IMG/VR virus record: IMGVR_UViG_3300033406_000372
Span: 1-40,393 of that record
DNA from: a virus
Taxonomy: Duplodnaviria; Caudoviricetes
Length of the DNA: 40,393 bases
Direction: 5' to 3' (one strand)
In this document: positions 26,189 through 36,179 of the stretch, one piece after another
How positions within the stretch are numbered: the first letter of the stretch is position 1
Layout of the letters: every line of letters begins with the position of its first letter
Program-made: the position numbers and the translations under genes
Notes under the pieces: model-generated
What the model was told of the DNA's origin: nothing
Databases searched by the model: none
Seen by the model: the letters and a program-made list of their open reading frames with translations, nothing else

Positions 26189-27369
26189 CAACGGCACCGA
26201 CACTCACAGAACTATACACATCTATTTCGAGTGATTTAAAGAGTCAGTTCGGGATCAGTTCAGAAAACGACCTTAAACGTGTTTTGGCTGCATTGGCTTC
26301 TTCCGATGCCGGTATCTTAAAACTATTCTATCTTGCTCTTATTGATGTTCAAAAAAATGTATGGCCGGATCAGGCCGATTCAGAAAGCATGGGTGGAACT
26401 CTGGAACGTTTCGGACGTATTAAACTAGGCAGAGATGCGTATCCAGCTACTCAAGGCGAATATACGGTTACATTTACCGGCACATCAGGAACCACTTTGC
26501 CTGTTAATACTCAGGTTGTTAATAAATCAACAAATTATTACTATACAACTACTGCTGACGTTGCATTATCTAGTACATCGGGAACAGCCTCGATTTTGAG
26601 TGATGAAGCAGGTACCGATTACGCATTGGCCGTTGGCGATACTCTTTACTTGACCAATACAATAACCGGCATTGATTCATCTGTTACTGTCGTATCTATT
26701 ATAACAGCACCGACAGATGAAGAGGATACAGAGACATATAGAGCTTTAGTCTTGAAATCTTTTCGACTGGAACCCAATGGCGGATCAGCCGCAGATTATT
26801 GCTATTGGGCTTTAGATGTAGCTGGTATTGCAGCTGTTTATCCCTATTCTACAAAGGGAGCTTCCGGTAGCGGCACTATCTATGTGGAAGCAGAAGCTAG
26901 TTATTCATCCGATGGATACGGCACTCCTACACAAGCTCTTTTGGACGCTTTATGGAAGTCATCTGATAAAACAGGAGTTTTCGAGCAAGACCCAGACACC
27001 ACCCTGAGCACTTATGAACGGGGCCGCAGACAATTAGGCTTTACAGATATAAATCTATTAGCTGTTACACCACTGCCCGTTGTAGTGAATATCACAAACT
27101 TAAAAACACAGACTACAACAGTAACTACGACGATTACAACACAGATAAGTGAGATGCTTGCTGATAAACGACCTTTTATCGCGGGTGTAGGGGATGTAAA
27201 TAATCCACAGGACATATTATATTTCAAAGATATTGTGGTCGCTTTGGATGATGCCTTAGAGCCTGGCAATACCTATGATTCCGTATCGGTAACCGTTAAC
27301 GGATTGGCTATACCATTTCAATTTCTCAATGGGAATATTCCTTATTTATCTGCAATAAATTATGTCTAA
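26185..27369 (+). CDS. Baseplate J / Mu gp47 wedge protein
   Basis: WPDQAD, VTFTGTSGT, DEEDTETYR, PNGGSAADYCYWALDVAGI. Confidence 0.9.
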   Translation: MTTAPTLTELYTSISSDLKSQFGISSENDLKRVLAALASSDAGILKLFYLALIDVQKNVWPDQADSESMGGTLERFGRIKLGRDAYPATQGEYTVTFTGTSGTTLPVNTQVVNKSTNYYYTTTADVALSSTSGTASILSDEAGTDYALAVGDTLYLTNTITGIDSSVTVVSIITAPTDEEDTETYRALVLKSFRLEPNGGSAADYCYWALDVAGIAAVYPYSTKGASGSGTIYVEAEASYSSDGYGTPTQALLDALWKSSDKTGVFEQDPDTTLSTYERGRRQLGFTDINLLAVTPLPVVVNITNLKTQTTTVTTTITTQISEMLADKRPFIAGVGDVNNPQDILYFKDIVVALDDALEPGNTYDSVSVTVNGLAIPFQFLNGNIPYLSAINYV

Positions 27370-28117
27370 AGTAACAACGGACATATTAAAACTTCAAAAG
27401 CAGTTATTACCTACCGGAAGAGCTTTTTCTGTTTCAACAGATAGTGTTTTCGAACAACTATTATTAGGACTAGGAGGCCAAAAAACGCAGACAATAAATA
27501 ATACTATTGGCATCTTGGATTCTGTTATAGCTGATAATTCAGCTTTTGATGAGAACGATGCTGCGGCGTGGGAAGAAGCCTTAGGAATATACGCATCTAG
27601 TACGTCAACCTTGGAAGAAAGAATAGCCGCAATTTATGCAAAACAGCAATTTCCTTCTAATGTAAAAGGAAGACAGCATAAATCATATCTCGAATACAGA
27701 CTCACACAAGCTGGGTTTGAATGCGGAATATACGAATGGTCGGATATAAAGGATAAGTTGAGCGCTATTCAACATTCTGCTAGTACTCACCATTCAACAG
27801 CGGTACATCATGGAGCTATCTCGATTCCTGCCTACTCAGGCATAATCGCTAATTATTTAACGCAATCGCAAGAAACGCAGATACCGACATCCCTACAGAA
27901 TCTAAAGAACATATTTTGGATTTGCGGTACTTCAGGTTTTGATTCTTTTATTGATATTCCTTCAGCGCAAATGAAGAAATTTCGGCATATAGTTCTTGAG
28001 GTTAAACCGCTCCATACGGTAGCTTATTTAAGAACATCCGATCTTGCGACTTGGATATTGGCCGATGGAACCTGGAGCATGTCAGGCGAATGGATTAATT
28101 CAGCATTATGGACGTAA
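27362..28117 (+). CDS. Baseplate wedge protein (Mu gp48/YmfQ-like)
   Basis: QLLPTGRAF, WEEALGI, TLEERIAAI, KPLHTV. Confidence 0.8.
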   Translation: MSKVTTDILKLQKQLLPTGRAFSVSTDSVFEQLLLGLGGQKTQTINNTIGILDSVIADNSAFDENDAAAWEEALGIYASSTSTLEERIAAIYAKQQFPSNVKGRQHKSYLEYRLTQAGFECGIYEWSDIKDKLSAIQHSASTHHSTAVHHGAISIPAYSGIIANYLTQSQETQIPTSLQNLKNIFWICGTSGFDSFIDIPSAQMKKFRHIVLEVKPLHTVAYLRTSDLATWILADGTWSMSGEWINSALWT

Positions 28118-28431
28118 TAAAAAACACAAGCTATAATTCCATTGTAGAGGGTATGTCAGGAACGGCTGCGGCTCAAACAATTAATGGAATCCTAACCTAT
28201 GAATATGGAGTTACTCGTTATGAGTTTACAGCCGATGATGTAGTAAATAATGTTCTAACGGTTAATCACGGGAAAAGTACGCTGAATGTTTTTGCTACGC
28301 TTTACGACAGCTCGTGGAATCAGCAGAATATGAATGGTTTATTTCAAGTGGTCGATTCTAACAATTGGACACTGTCGATACCAACAACCATCACAGAGAA
28401 GTTCTATTTAATAGTAGATTACAAACCTTGA
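28108..28431 (+). CDS. Small tail/fibre-associated protein
   Basis: LTVNHGKSTLNVFATLYD beta-domain pattern; position. Confidence 0.5.
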   Translation: MDVIKNTSYNSIVEGMSGTAAAQTINGILTYEYGVTRYEFTADDVVNNVLTVNHGKSTLNVFATLYDSSWNQQNMNGLFQVVDSNNWTLSIPTTITEKFYLIVDYKP

Positions 28432-28432
28432 T

Positions 28433-29149
28433 ATGAGAACAACAGCATCTTTACCTAATGGTGGTGCAGTTACAACGGACTATCCTTTCGGTGTAATTGT
28501 CGATGAGACTTCATCCGTTGCCGGAACTGCCTTAACAGAGGCAACCTACGGAGATTTCATTCAAAGCCTTTGGCATTTTGTGAAATTGGCCGATGTAACA
28601 CCTAACGGAGTAGCGGATAATACTACAAACGGCTTTCAGCTTGCTAAAGCAATGCAGATGATTTTGCAACCTGTAGGCACACCTGGTCATTGGCCGGTTG
28701 CCACTCCACCGACAGGATGGCTTGTCATGGATGGCGCTGCTATTTCACGGACTATTTATGTAGATCTATTCGCTCTTATAGGAACTACATTCGGTACTGG
28801 CGATGGCAGTACAACATTTAATCTTCCCAATGAAATAAATCGTATGCGTGTCGGTGCCGGAGACTCTTATGCTGTTGGTGCAACAGGTGGCTCTGCCACA
28901 CACACAAATACAATTGAGGAAATGTGTGATCATGCACATAAACCAGTTGTATATGGATGGAATAATCAAGTTCATGGCATTACATACGGATCAGACGTAG
29001 ATGCTTTAGTGGCCGGATCAGTTCAACAAGAAGAAAAAACAGGAGGTGCTTATGATATAACCGGAACGACTGCGGTAGCAGGAAAAGCATATTCGATAAT
29101 GAATCCCTATCTGGCTATGTATCCTATTATAAAAGCTCTTTATGTATGA
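28433..29149 (+). CDS. Tail fibre protein with a phage tail collar domain
   Basis: PPTGWLVMDGAAISRTIYVDLFALIGTTFGTGDGSTTFNLP. Confidence 0.88.
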   Translation: MRTTASLPNGGAVTTDYPFGVIVDETSSVAGTALTEATYGDFIQSLWHFVKLADVTPNGVADNTTNGFQLAKAMQMILQPVGTPGHWPVATPPTGWLVMDGAAISRTIYVDLFALIGTTFGTGDGSTTFNLPNEINRMRVGAGDSYAVGATGGSATHTNTIEEMCDHAHKPVVYGWNNQVHGITYGSDVDALVAGSVQQEEKTGGAYDITGTTAVAGKAYSIMNPYLAMYPIIKALYV

Positions 29150-29880
29150 TAAAGTGCGATACGCGGGGTATCTCTAGGGCGGCTATTGAGCTTAAGAACC
29201 TGCATCGGGCGGCTTTGCCAAATGCGGTAAGGTCAACGCTTAATGATCTGGCTTTCGATGTAAAAAAGCGCAGTTTATTAGAAGCTGTGAAGCAAACTCA
29301 GATGACCATCCGTGCGCCGGGTATCTGGAAAAAATATAGCGGAGTTGCAAAGGCAACAGGCTGGGAAATAAATAAGATGACTGCTGAGGTGGGTATGATT
29401 CCTTTGGGTAATGCTTCTGAAATGGTTGAAAGATTAAAACAGCAGGATGAAGGAGGAGAATTGAAACATACGCAAGTTCCTCTTTCCAAAGCGCGTATTT
29501 CTAAAGCTCATGGTAAGCGAGTGCAAAAAAAGAACTACTGGGATAAAGTTAAGATCTGCGCAAAAGTTCAATATGGAGATAAGAAAGGATTGATAAAGGC
29601 TGTGACTGCTACGGGCATCCGATCGGGCGGTGGTCCATTTGCAACCGGTGTGATTTACGGAAAATTCTTATATGGAATCATTGGATTCACTCATCTTGGT
29701 AATACAAAACATCACGAGAAGATAAAGCTTCATCTTATAAGACTATATGAAGTGGAAAAGGGAAAAATGAGACACGTTAAAGCGCAACATTTTACAGAAA
29801 AAGCAGCAAACATAAGTGGTAAACTGACAGGCGAAATGTTTTCCAAAAATGTAGAAAGACAACTTGCAAAATGGAAATAA
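29146..29880 (+). CDS. Basic tail-completion protein (lambda gpZ-like)
   Basis: ALPNAVRSTLNDLAFDVK N-terminus; very Lys/Arg-rich. Confidence 0.5.
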   Translation: MIKCDTRGISRAAIELKNLHRAALPNAVRSTLNDLAFDVKKRSLLEAVKQTQMTIRAPGIWKKYSGVAKATGWEINKMTAEVGMIPLGNASEMVERLKQQDEGGELKHTQVPLSKARISKAHGKRVQKKNYWDKVKICAKVQYGDKKGLIKAVTATGIRSGGGPFATGVIYGKFLYGIIGFTHLGNTKHHEKIKLHLIRLYEVEKGKMRHVKAQHFTEKAANISGKLTGEMFSKNVERQLAKWK

Positions 29881-29881
29881 A

Positions 29882-31135
29882 ATGAGTTGGCAGGATAGAT
29901 TAAATAATATAGCATTTTCCATAACCATGGGAAAAGGTAAAATGGCAAGAGGTAGAGAGAGAGCAAAGCCTATGACCTTTTATCCCAAACTCATTGTAAA
30001 TTACCAAGAAAATGTTGAGTACAACGGTACAGAGTACGATTTTGTTGGCATTCCTGGCTCTTTATTCCTTCGCAAATTGCCAAAAGGCAGATCTATTCCT
30101 CTTGAATTTGCTTTTGTGGGAAAAGATAACGATAAAGAAGCGAATGGGTTTGAATATCAAGCAGCAATACCTGCTGAGTGGACGGTGACACACCCCTTTT
30201 ACGGTAAATTCCATTGTCAGCCCCTTTCTTTATCAATGGATAACTCAGGACTTGATTCTACGGTTATAAAAATCACCGTTATAGAAACAAATTTTAATGC
30301 TACAAGTAAATCATCTAATTTTCCAAAAGCACAAACCCGACTAAAAGAAAATATAGAATTGATAAGTGCCCGGAGCCTTGCGGTTGGAGCATCTACGCCA
30401 ATGAATGCAAAAGAGTTGGAACAAGCGACTTCAATGACCAAAAAGATAGGCACCCTTTCCGAGGCGGTCTTAAAGACAAGCTCAGAACTAAAAACATATA
30501 AAAGCTTTTTGAGTAACGCACTAAATGCAATAGACGGGGCTACTGCATTGACAACCGGTTATCTGACTTATATCCGATCGCTCATAAATCTTCCGGCCAC
30601 TGTTTCCGGGGACATAAAAAGTCGGATCAATTGTATAGAAGGAATATTCAGTTCGTTGGTTTCGGATGTATCCGGCACCGTGAAACTTAGCTATTTTCAA
30701 AAATTATTTTTCAATCTGCTTGGAGTTAATTGTATTTCTGCTATATCAACAGCTTTGCAAACTCAGAATACCGGAGATCTTCAAACAAGAGTAGAGATAA
30801 CCTTTTATCTCAATAAACTCAAATCGGATTATGCTACTTTCTTAAGCACGCTTTATTCAACCGAAACAACAAGTTTTACACCTGACCATGATTTGATGTT
30901 TGATCTCAACTCTACGGTACAACTGACGCAGTTTTATCTGTATAGTGTTTTGATGAGCGCAAAGCAAGAGAGAACCTATTATCCTTCGTCAGATACAAAT
31001 CTTCTTTTACTTGCTCACAGATTATACGGAAGTGCTTCGGAAGATAATATGAGCCAGATAAAATCAACAAACAAAATTGGACTTTCGGAAATTCTGAATA
31101 TTAAGAAGGGTCGTAAAATTATCTATTACGTATGA
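29882..31135 (+). CDS. Mu gp43/gpN-like (DNA circularisation family) tail protein
   Basis: MSWQDRL start, VTHPFYG, C-terminal LLLLAHRLYG LysM-like end. Confidence 0.78.
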   Translation: MSWQDRLNNIAFSITMGKGKMARGRERAKPMTFYPKLIVNYQENVEYNGTEYDFVGIPGSLFLRKLPKGRSIPLEFAFVGKDNDKEANGFEYQAAIPAEWTVTHPFYGKFHCQPLSLSMDNSGLDSTVIKITVIETNFNATSKSSNFPKAQTRLKENIELISARSLAVGASTPMNAKELEQATSMTKKIGTLSEAVLKTSSELKTYKSFLSNALNAIDGATALTTGYLTYIRSLINLPATVSGDIKSRINCIEGIFSSLVSDVSGTVKLSYFQKLFFNLLGVNCISAISTALQTQNTGDLQTRVEITFYLNKLKSDYATFLSTLYSTETTSFTPDHDLMFDLNSTVQLTQFYLYSVLMSAKQERTYYPSSDTNLLLLAHRLYGSASEDNMSQIKSTNKIGLSEILNIKKGRKIIYYV

Positions 31136-32253
31136 AAGTAGTTGTAAACGGCGAAGCAGTAAGATTCACGAGCTTGGATGTAACCCTTAATTACGATTCT
31201 GTAAGTGATACATTTGGATTCACGCTTCCTTATCAGGGAGGTACAAAGTGGAAGCCCTTAAAGTATTTGCCTGTTACCATAGAAGACGGAGAAAGGACAT
31301 TATTAAAAGGAACGATTATAAGCCATCGATTCAAAAGCAACTCAAATGCTAATGAACTTGCCATATCTGGATATTCTAAGACGGGTATTCTTGAGGATTG
31401 CCCAAATGTAAATGATGAAATAACAGGTAACTCGGGTGCCGAGTCATCCGGCCAAAGTACATGTTTTAGTAGTATAAGTCTATTGGAGCTAGCCAAGCAG
31501 CTTTGTAATCCTTTCGGAATTGAAGTTACATACGATCCCTTGGTAGCTGATTACGTTAATTCAACCTACGAGCAGGCTACCACAACTCCAGAAGAAAGTA
31601 TAGCTGCCTATCTAGGCAAGTTGGCGACCCTTAAAAATGTTGTTTTGCGTTCAACTCTTGATGGACAATTACTCTTTACTCAAATTGATGAAAAAGGGCC
31701 TATCGCGGCACATTTTAATTCTGGTACTGACGAAGGTATAGAATTTTCTCTGGATGTGAACGGTCAAAGAATGCACAACAAAATATACGTGGCAGGACGT
31801 GCGGATCTATACGAGAGTGATAGCGAGGATATAGCAAAAACAGGTGATGCGGAGCCTATTATTAATCCTTTAGTAAAGGACACGCGAAGATCTACATTAA
31901 AAGTACAAGGTACCGAGATTCAGCTTATTAAAGATGTATCAAAGGCGGTATTGGCCGATGAACTTAAAAATATAGTTGTAACAATCACAATACAAGGCAA
32001 CAAACTTGAACGGGAAGTTGTAGAGAATGATAATGGAAAGGAAACAGTCTCATACAGCGAACTAAAACCGGGTAATCTTGTAACCATCCATGCACCTGAC
32101 ATTTGTATTAATCGCTTAAAAGATAAAACGATTCCTGTATTTATGGTTCGTTCTATAAATCATAAGGAAAACGCAAAAGAGAAAACCATGACAATTACTT
32201 GTGTGTTGCCTCAAACAATGACAGGAAATACTCCGTCTTTAATTTTTGGGTAA
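31132..32253 (+). CDS. Baseplate hub (Mu gp44-like)
   Basis: ISGYSKTGILEDC, SLLELAKQLCNPFGIEV, STLDGQLLF. Confidence 0.82.
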   Translation: MKVVVNGEAVRFTSLDVTLNYDSVSDTFGFTLPYQGGTKWKPLKYLPVTIEDGERTLLKGTIISHRFKSNSNANELAISGYSKTGILEDCPNVNDEITGNSGAESSGQSTCFSSISLLELAKQLCNPFGIEVTYDPLVADYVNSTYEQATTTPEESIAAYLGKLATLKNVVLRSTLDGQLLFTQIDEKGPIAAHFNSGTDEGIEFSLDVNGQRMHNKIYVAGRADLYESDSEDIAKTGDAEPIINPLVKDTRRSTLKVQGTEIQLIKDVSKAVLADELKNIVVTITIQGNKLEREVVENDNGKETVSYSELKPGNLVTIHAPDICINRLKDKTIPVFMVRSINHKENAKEKTMTITCVLPQTMTGNTPSLIFG

Positions 32254-32715
32254 ATGGACATAATAGCAGTTTCTAATACATTCATTTATAAATCTCTGAG
32301 ATATATAAAAAGTAAGTTTTCTTACGATGCTCACCAATCTCCACAGATTGCACCTTGGGGAGATGATTCGGTACCTGTTGAAGGAACCAAGGGAGTTAAA
32401 GCCTTCACATCGACGAAAGCGATTCATATTGTCCTAGGCTTTTTTAATCGTAACCATTGTAAAGCCGCAGCTGGAGAAAAGCGAATTTTTTCTACCAACG
32501 CAGCAGGCACAGAGCAGGTATCTTTATGGCTTAAAAATGACGGGTCATTTAAAATCGAATGTTCCGATGGTTTTACAGCTACCTATGACTTGACAAATAA
32601 ACGTATATCATTTTCTGGCGATTGTATCGCTGGCGTTGATGGTATTTCGCTTGTTAATCATGTACATGATACCCTCACAGGTGTTACAACACCCCCTTTT
32701 AATCCAACCGTATGA
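32254..32715 (+). CDS. Baseplate central spike (Mu gp45-like)
   Basis: PWGDDSVP, GEKRIFS, C-terminal ISLVNHVH iron-binding HxH. Confidence 0.82.
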   Translation: MDIIAVSNTFIYKSLRYIKSKFSYDAHQSPQIAPWGDDSVPVEGTKGVKAFTSTKAIHIVLGFFNRNHCKAAAGEKRIFSTNAAGTEQVSLWLKNDGSFKIECSDGFTATYDLTNKRISFSGDCIAGVDGISLVNHVHDTLTGVTTPPFNPTV

Positions 32716-32945
32716 GTACAATTGATAAAGCACAGGTAAAAACGGATATTAAAGCCGTTTTCGACTTGATAAAAGGCAAAAAACTTACACAGGAGCAAGC
32801 AGAGGAAGCTTTAGCAGACGGTTTTGCTGAATTGATTTCGAATGCAATACAGCGAGGAGTACAGTCGGCCACCTATTCAAGTGGTTTGGTGGCAGGAAAT
32901 GTATCTGTTACTGGAGCCATTAATTTAACAGTAAGCAAGCAATGA
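32712..32945 (+). CDS. Small baseplate/spike-associated protein
   Basis: ATGA-coupled to spike and fibre; GLVAGNVSVTG. Confidence 0.55.
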   Translation: MSTIDKAQVKTDIKAVFDLIKGKKLTQEQAEEALADGFAELISNAIQRGVQSATYSSGLVAGNVSVTGAINLTVSKQ

Positions 32946-34534
32946 ATCGACTTCAAATAAAAGCCTGGTTTGGTGGGAAGAACAAGCTGGATAAAGACAA
33001 TTCAGACGCTTTTGCTGACGCAGTACTTGTTAAATCCGACGATATAATTACCGATGCAACTCAATCTGGTGGGGATACTACTGTATTTTCATCGAAAGCC
33101 ACTAAAACATTAGTTACCGATGAGGCTACAGCACGTCAGACATCTGATAACACACTGGCGCAATCCGTTACGGATCTTACGACGGCATTGTCTGTAATTC
33201 AGACTTGGAAAACAGCACTGACAGACGCCGACTCTGATAGTATTATCAACACGCTCACTGAATTACTAGACTTAGCAAAGAACGTTCCTGAAGGGGCTGA
33301 TTTAGCCGCTTTGCTGGCCGCTAAAGTTAGCACATCAGATATTGTAGATAACCTCACAAGCGTATTGACCAACGTGCCATTGTCTGCGTATCAAGGTAAT
33401 GTCTTGAAAGGTTTGATAGATACCCTTACAAATATTGTATCGACCCATACAAGTAACACTACAGTTCATATAACTGCCGCAGAACGAACTGCGTGGACTG
33501 CGAAACAAGCTGCTTTGGTTTCAGGTACAAGCATTAAAACTATTAATAGTACGTCATTACTGGGAAGCGGAGATATTGCGCTACCTGCATCACCTATTCA
33601 AATTGTGAACTCATATTCACTCTTTGCAAGTGGATTAACTGCTGGAAGTGGTGATACGGGAGTAACATATTCCAATTTCTTTGGGTATTATGCTGGTTAT
33701 TATGCTACAGGTGCAAGTTATTCTAATTTTTCAGGACGTTATGCTGGCCATTCTGCAACAAGTGCATCTTATTCTAACTTTTTTGGGGGCTTTGCAGGTC
33801 GAAAAGCCAGTGGAGCGGATCATTCTAACTTTCTTGGATATTACGCGGGAGAATCTGCTACTAATGCAAACAACTCAAATTTTTTGGGAGGTAATGCTGG
33901 TGGTAATGCAACAGAAGCTAATAATTCAAACTTTTTTGGAAGTGCAGCTGGTTACATGGCAACAAATGCTTGTTGCTCTAATTTTTTGGGGCAGAATGCC
34001 GGCAATGGGGCAGTCAATGCTTCTTATTCAAATTTCATAGGTTATTGGGCTGGTGACAATATAGGAACTGGAAAGTACTCGAATTTTCTTGGTTATTATA
34101 CAGGGATGTCTACAACAAACGCGTCTTACTGTACTTTACTGGGTTATAACGTCGCAAATGAAAGCTCTGGCTCACATATCGGTTCTAATAACATCATAAT
34201 TGGAACTAATATTACACTACCAGCCGCCACAGCAAATGCTCTCAATATCGGAGGCGTGCTTTTTGGTACTGGTTTGTACTCAACTGTAACAGGAAATCCG
34301 TCGGCGGCACCTGTAAATGGAGGTTGTATAGGAATAGGCGTTGTTTCTCCTACTGAGACCTTAGATGTTTCCGGCAATGTGAAAGCGGCTCAATTCAAGC
34401 TGTCAGCTCTAAACACAGCACCAGCTTCGTCCTCTGATACAGGTGCGCTTGGAGAGATACGTATTACGGCAGGGTATATTTATGTTTGTGTGGCAACCAA
34501 TACATGGGTTAGATCTGCGTTGACAACTTGGTAA
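32942..34534 (+). CDS. Long tail fibre / receptor-binding protein with a beta-solenoid repeat region
   Basis: DIVDNLTS..PLSAYQG tail repeat; ten 17-aa SNFxG repeats; IGIGVVSPTETLDVSG; C-terminal GEIRITAGYIYVCVATNTWVR. Confidence 0.82.
   Translation: MNRLQIKAWFGGKNKLDKDNSDAFADAVLVKSDDIITDATQSGGDTTVFSSKATKTLVTDEATARQTSDNTLAQSVTDLTTALSVIQTWKTALTDADSDSIINTLTELLDLAKNVPEGADLAALLAAKVSTSDIVDNLTSVLTNVPLSAYQGNVLKGLIDTLTNIVSTHTSNTTVHITAAERTAWTAKQAALVSGTSIKTINSTSLLGSGDIALPASPIQIVNSYSLFASGLTAGSGDTGVTYSNFFGYYAGYYATGASYSNFSGRYAGHSATSASYSNFFGGFAGRKASGADHSNFLGYYAGESATNANNSNFLGGNAGGNATEANNSNFFGSAAGYMATNACCSNFLGQNAGNGAVNASYSNFIGYWAGDNIGTGKYSNFLGYYTGMSTTNASYCTLLGYNVANESSGSHIGSNNIIIGTNITLPAATANALNIGGVLFGTGLYSTVTGNPSAAPVNGGCIGIGVVSPTETLDVSGNVKAAQFKLSALNTAPASSSDTGALGEIRITAGYIYVCVATNTWVRSALTTW
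33668..34177 (+). repeat. Ten in-frame 51-bp (17-aa) degenerate repeats in the fibre
   Basis: Consensus (Y/N)SNF(F/L)GxxAGxxAxxAx, first YSNFFGYYAGYYATGAS. Confidence 0.9.
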
Positions 34535-34559
34535 TTATTAACAACTAAAATAAATCATT

Positions 34560-34697
34560 ATGACACAAGAAGAATTAACAGAGTTGAAAGCGAAAGCTTA
34601 CGAACTTGTATGTGTTATCAATAATGCCAACAGAGAACTCCAACAAATTGAAGCGCAGATTTACGCACAATCGAAGGAACAACAGGGAAAAAAGTAA
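34560..34697 (+). CDS. 45-aa coiled-coil protein (possible fibre chaperone; below the ORF-track cutoff)
   Basis: MTQEELTELKAKAYELVCVINNANRELQQIEAQIYAQSKEQQGKK with an A-rich leader. Confidence 0.6.
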   Translation: MTQEELTELKAKAYELVCVINNANRELQQIEAQIYAQSKEQQGKK

Positions 34698-34733
34698 AAC
34701 GAAGCCCCCGGATCAAATATCAAACACACTGAT

Positions 34734-35198
34734 ATGGACGAATTGATTACTCACATTTGCAACCTCATGAAAGGGCTTGTGTCTTTCGTGATAACTGGCC
34801 TAGTCTCCGCATTCCTGCCGCTTGAAGATGCTTTGTTTATTCTGTTTACCGGATTTACGATCAACTTCATTACGGGGTTCGTGACGGATATTCGGGTCAA
34901 CAAAAAAGAGTTCAATATTAAAAAGGCATTTGATGCTGTGTTGCAGATTGGGTATTTCTTCGGGTTGATATTCTTTATTTCCGCAACAGGTACCAATCTT
35001 CATGATAGCGTATTCACAACAGTAGGCGTGAAATGGTCGACCGTGATCGTAACGCTCTATTACATCTTGAACATACTGAAAAACGGGAAGCAATTGTGGC
35101 CTGGCAACATAGCAATAAGCCTGCTTTATGACATTCTATCCCTACAAGGAGTAGGGTATTTCATCAAATTATTTGGACTTAAAAAGGAAGGAAAGTAA
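34734..35198 (+). CDS. Holin (phage holin 4_1-like)
   Basis: Multiple TM helices, NFITG, NILKN; directly upstream of the endolysin. Confidence 0.75.
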   Translation: MDELITHICNLMKGLVSFVITGLVSAFLPLEDALFILFTGFTINFITGFVTDIRVNKKEFNIKKAFDAVLQIGYFFGLIFFISATGTNLHDSVFTTVGVKWSTVIVTLYYILNILKNGKQLWPGNIAISLLYDILSLQGVGYFIKLFGLKKEGK

Positions 35199-35199
35199 T

Positions 35200-35634
35200 A
35201 TGGCGAATTTTGAACAAGCAATCGATCCGGTGCTGGAGTCAGAAGGATATATACAGAAGTACGGAAAATCTGGCTATGTAAACGACAAAAGCGATGCGGG
35301 TGGTGAGACAATCGCGGGTATATCGCGCAAGAACTGGCCGCATGAAGTTATCTGGTTGTATGTCGATTCGGCAAAGAAAAGAACGGGATTCCCCCGATCA
35401 CTGGCCGCTGATTTAAACGTCCGGGCTATGATACTTGATTTCTACCGTCGTAATTTTTGGCAGCCCATTCACGGGGATAGCGTCAAACAACAGGTCATTG
35501 CCGATCTATTGGTCGACAAATCGGTATTAGAAGGTATTGCTCCGGCCATAGCACGAGCAGAAGAGATTGTCGGATTAGCGCGCACCGGAAAAGTATCGGA
35601 AAATTTGATTACAAAACTAAGTTTACTTGCATGA
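35200..35634 (+). CDS. Endolysin, glycoside hydrolase family 108
   Basis: LESEG...YVNDKSDAGGETIAGI, FYRRNFW. Confidence 0.9.
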   Translation: MANFEQAIDPVLESEGYIQKYGKSGYVNDKSDAGGETIAGISRKNWPHEVIWLYVDSAKKRTGFPRSLAADLNVRAMILDFYRRNFWQPIHGDSVKQQVIADLLVDKSVLEGIAPAIARAEEIVGLARTGKVSENLITKLSLLA

Positions 35635-35876
35635 AAAAGTTGATTTTAACACTTCTATTTGTGCCGATTATGCTCACCGCACAAGTTCGGCGCGATTCCG
35701 TGGAGATTCTACGTGATTCTATTTGCAAACTCAACCAGCGGCCAGCGATGACCTCAAAACAATTCATAGAGATTTACAAGTACGAAACACTTCTGAAGTA
35801 TTACCGGTTATGTCAGAAAAAGCCGACAAACTGGAAGTTTTACAAAGGATGGAGTGCCCGAGTGTTTGATAAATAG
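35631..35876 (+). CDS. Small exported protein (SPI signal peptide, Gln at +1)
   Basis: MKKLILTLLFVPIMLTA|Q. Confidence 0.6.
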   Translation: MKKLILTLLFVPIMLTAQVRRDSVEILRDSICKLNQRPAMTSKQFIEIYKYETLLKYYRLCQKKPTNWKFYKGWSARVFDK

Positions 35877-35881
35877 ATAAT

Positions 35882-36178
35882 ATGGCAAAGATTAAACGAT
35901 TTACATCAAAAGATGGTGGCTATCATGGAGAGCTTGGGTTTTATTGCCCAGGATGTGATTGTGTGCATTTTATTTATGATAAAGAAAGCAACGCTCCAAG
36001 TATGCCTGTATGGGGATTTAATGGAAATTTTGAATCTCCAACTGTTACGCCATCTGTACTTGTACAAAATAAAACAATGCGTTGTCATTCTTTTATCACA
36101 GACGGTAATATCCAATTTCTTCCTGATTGCACACATGATTTAGCTGGGAAAACAATTGAACTTGAAGATATAGATTGA
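35882..36178 (+). CDS. DUF6527-like Cys/His metal-binding protein
   Basis: FYCPGC..H, WGFNGNFESPTVTPSV, CHSFITDGNIQFLPDCTH. Confidence 0.75.
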   Translation: MAKIKRFTSKDGGYHGELGFYCPGCDCVHFIYDKESNAPSMPVWGFNGNFESPTVTPSVLVQNKTMRCHSFITDGNIQFLPDCTHDLAGKTIELEDID

Positions 36179-36179
36179 T

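Noticed and set aside
33668-34177. Fibre repeats as a CRISPR array or DGR target
   Set aside because: Repeats are degenerate at synonymous positions, in frame and lack spacers; no cas genes, RT or template repeat
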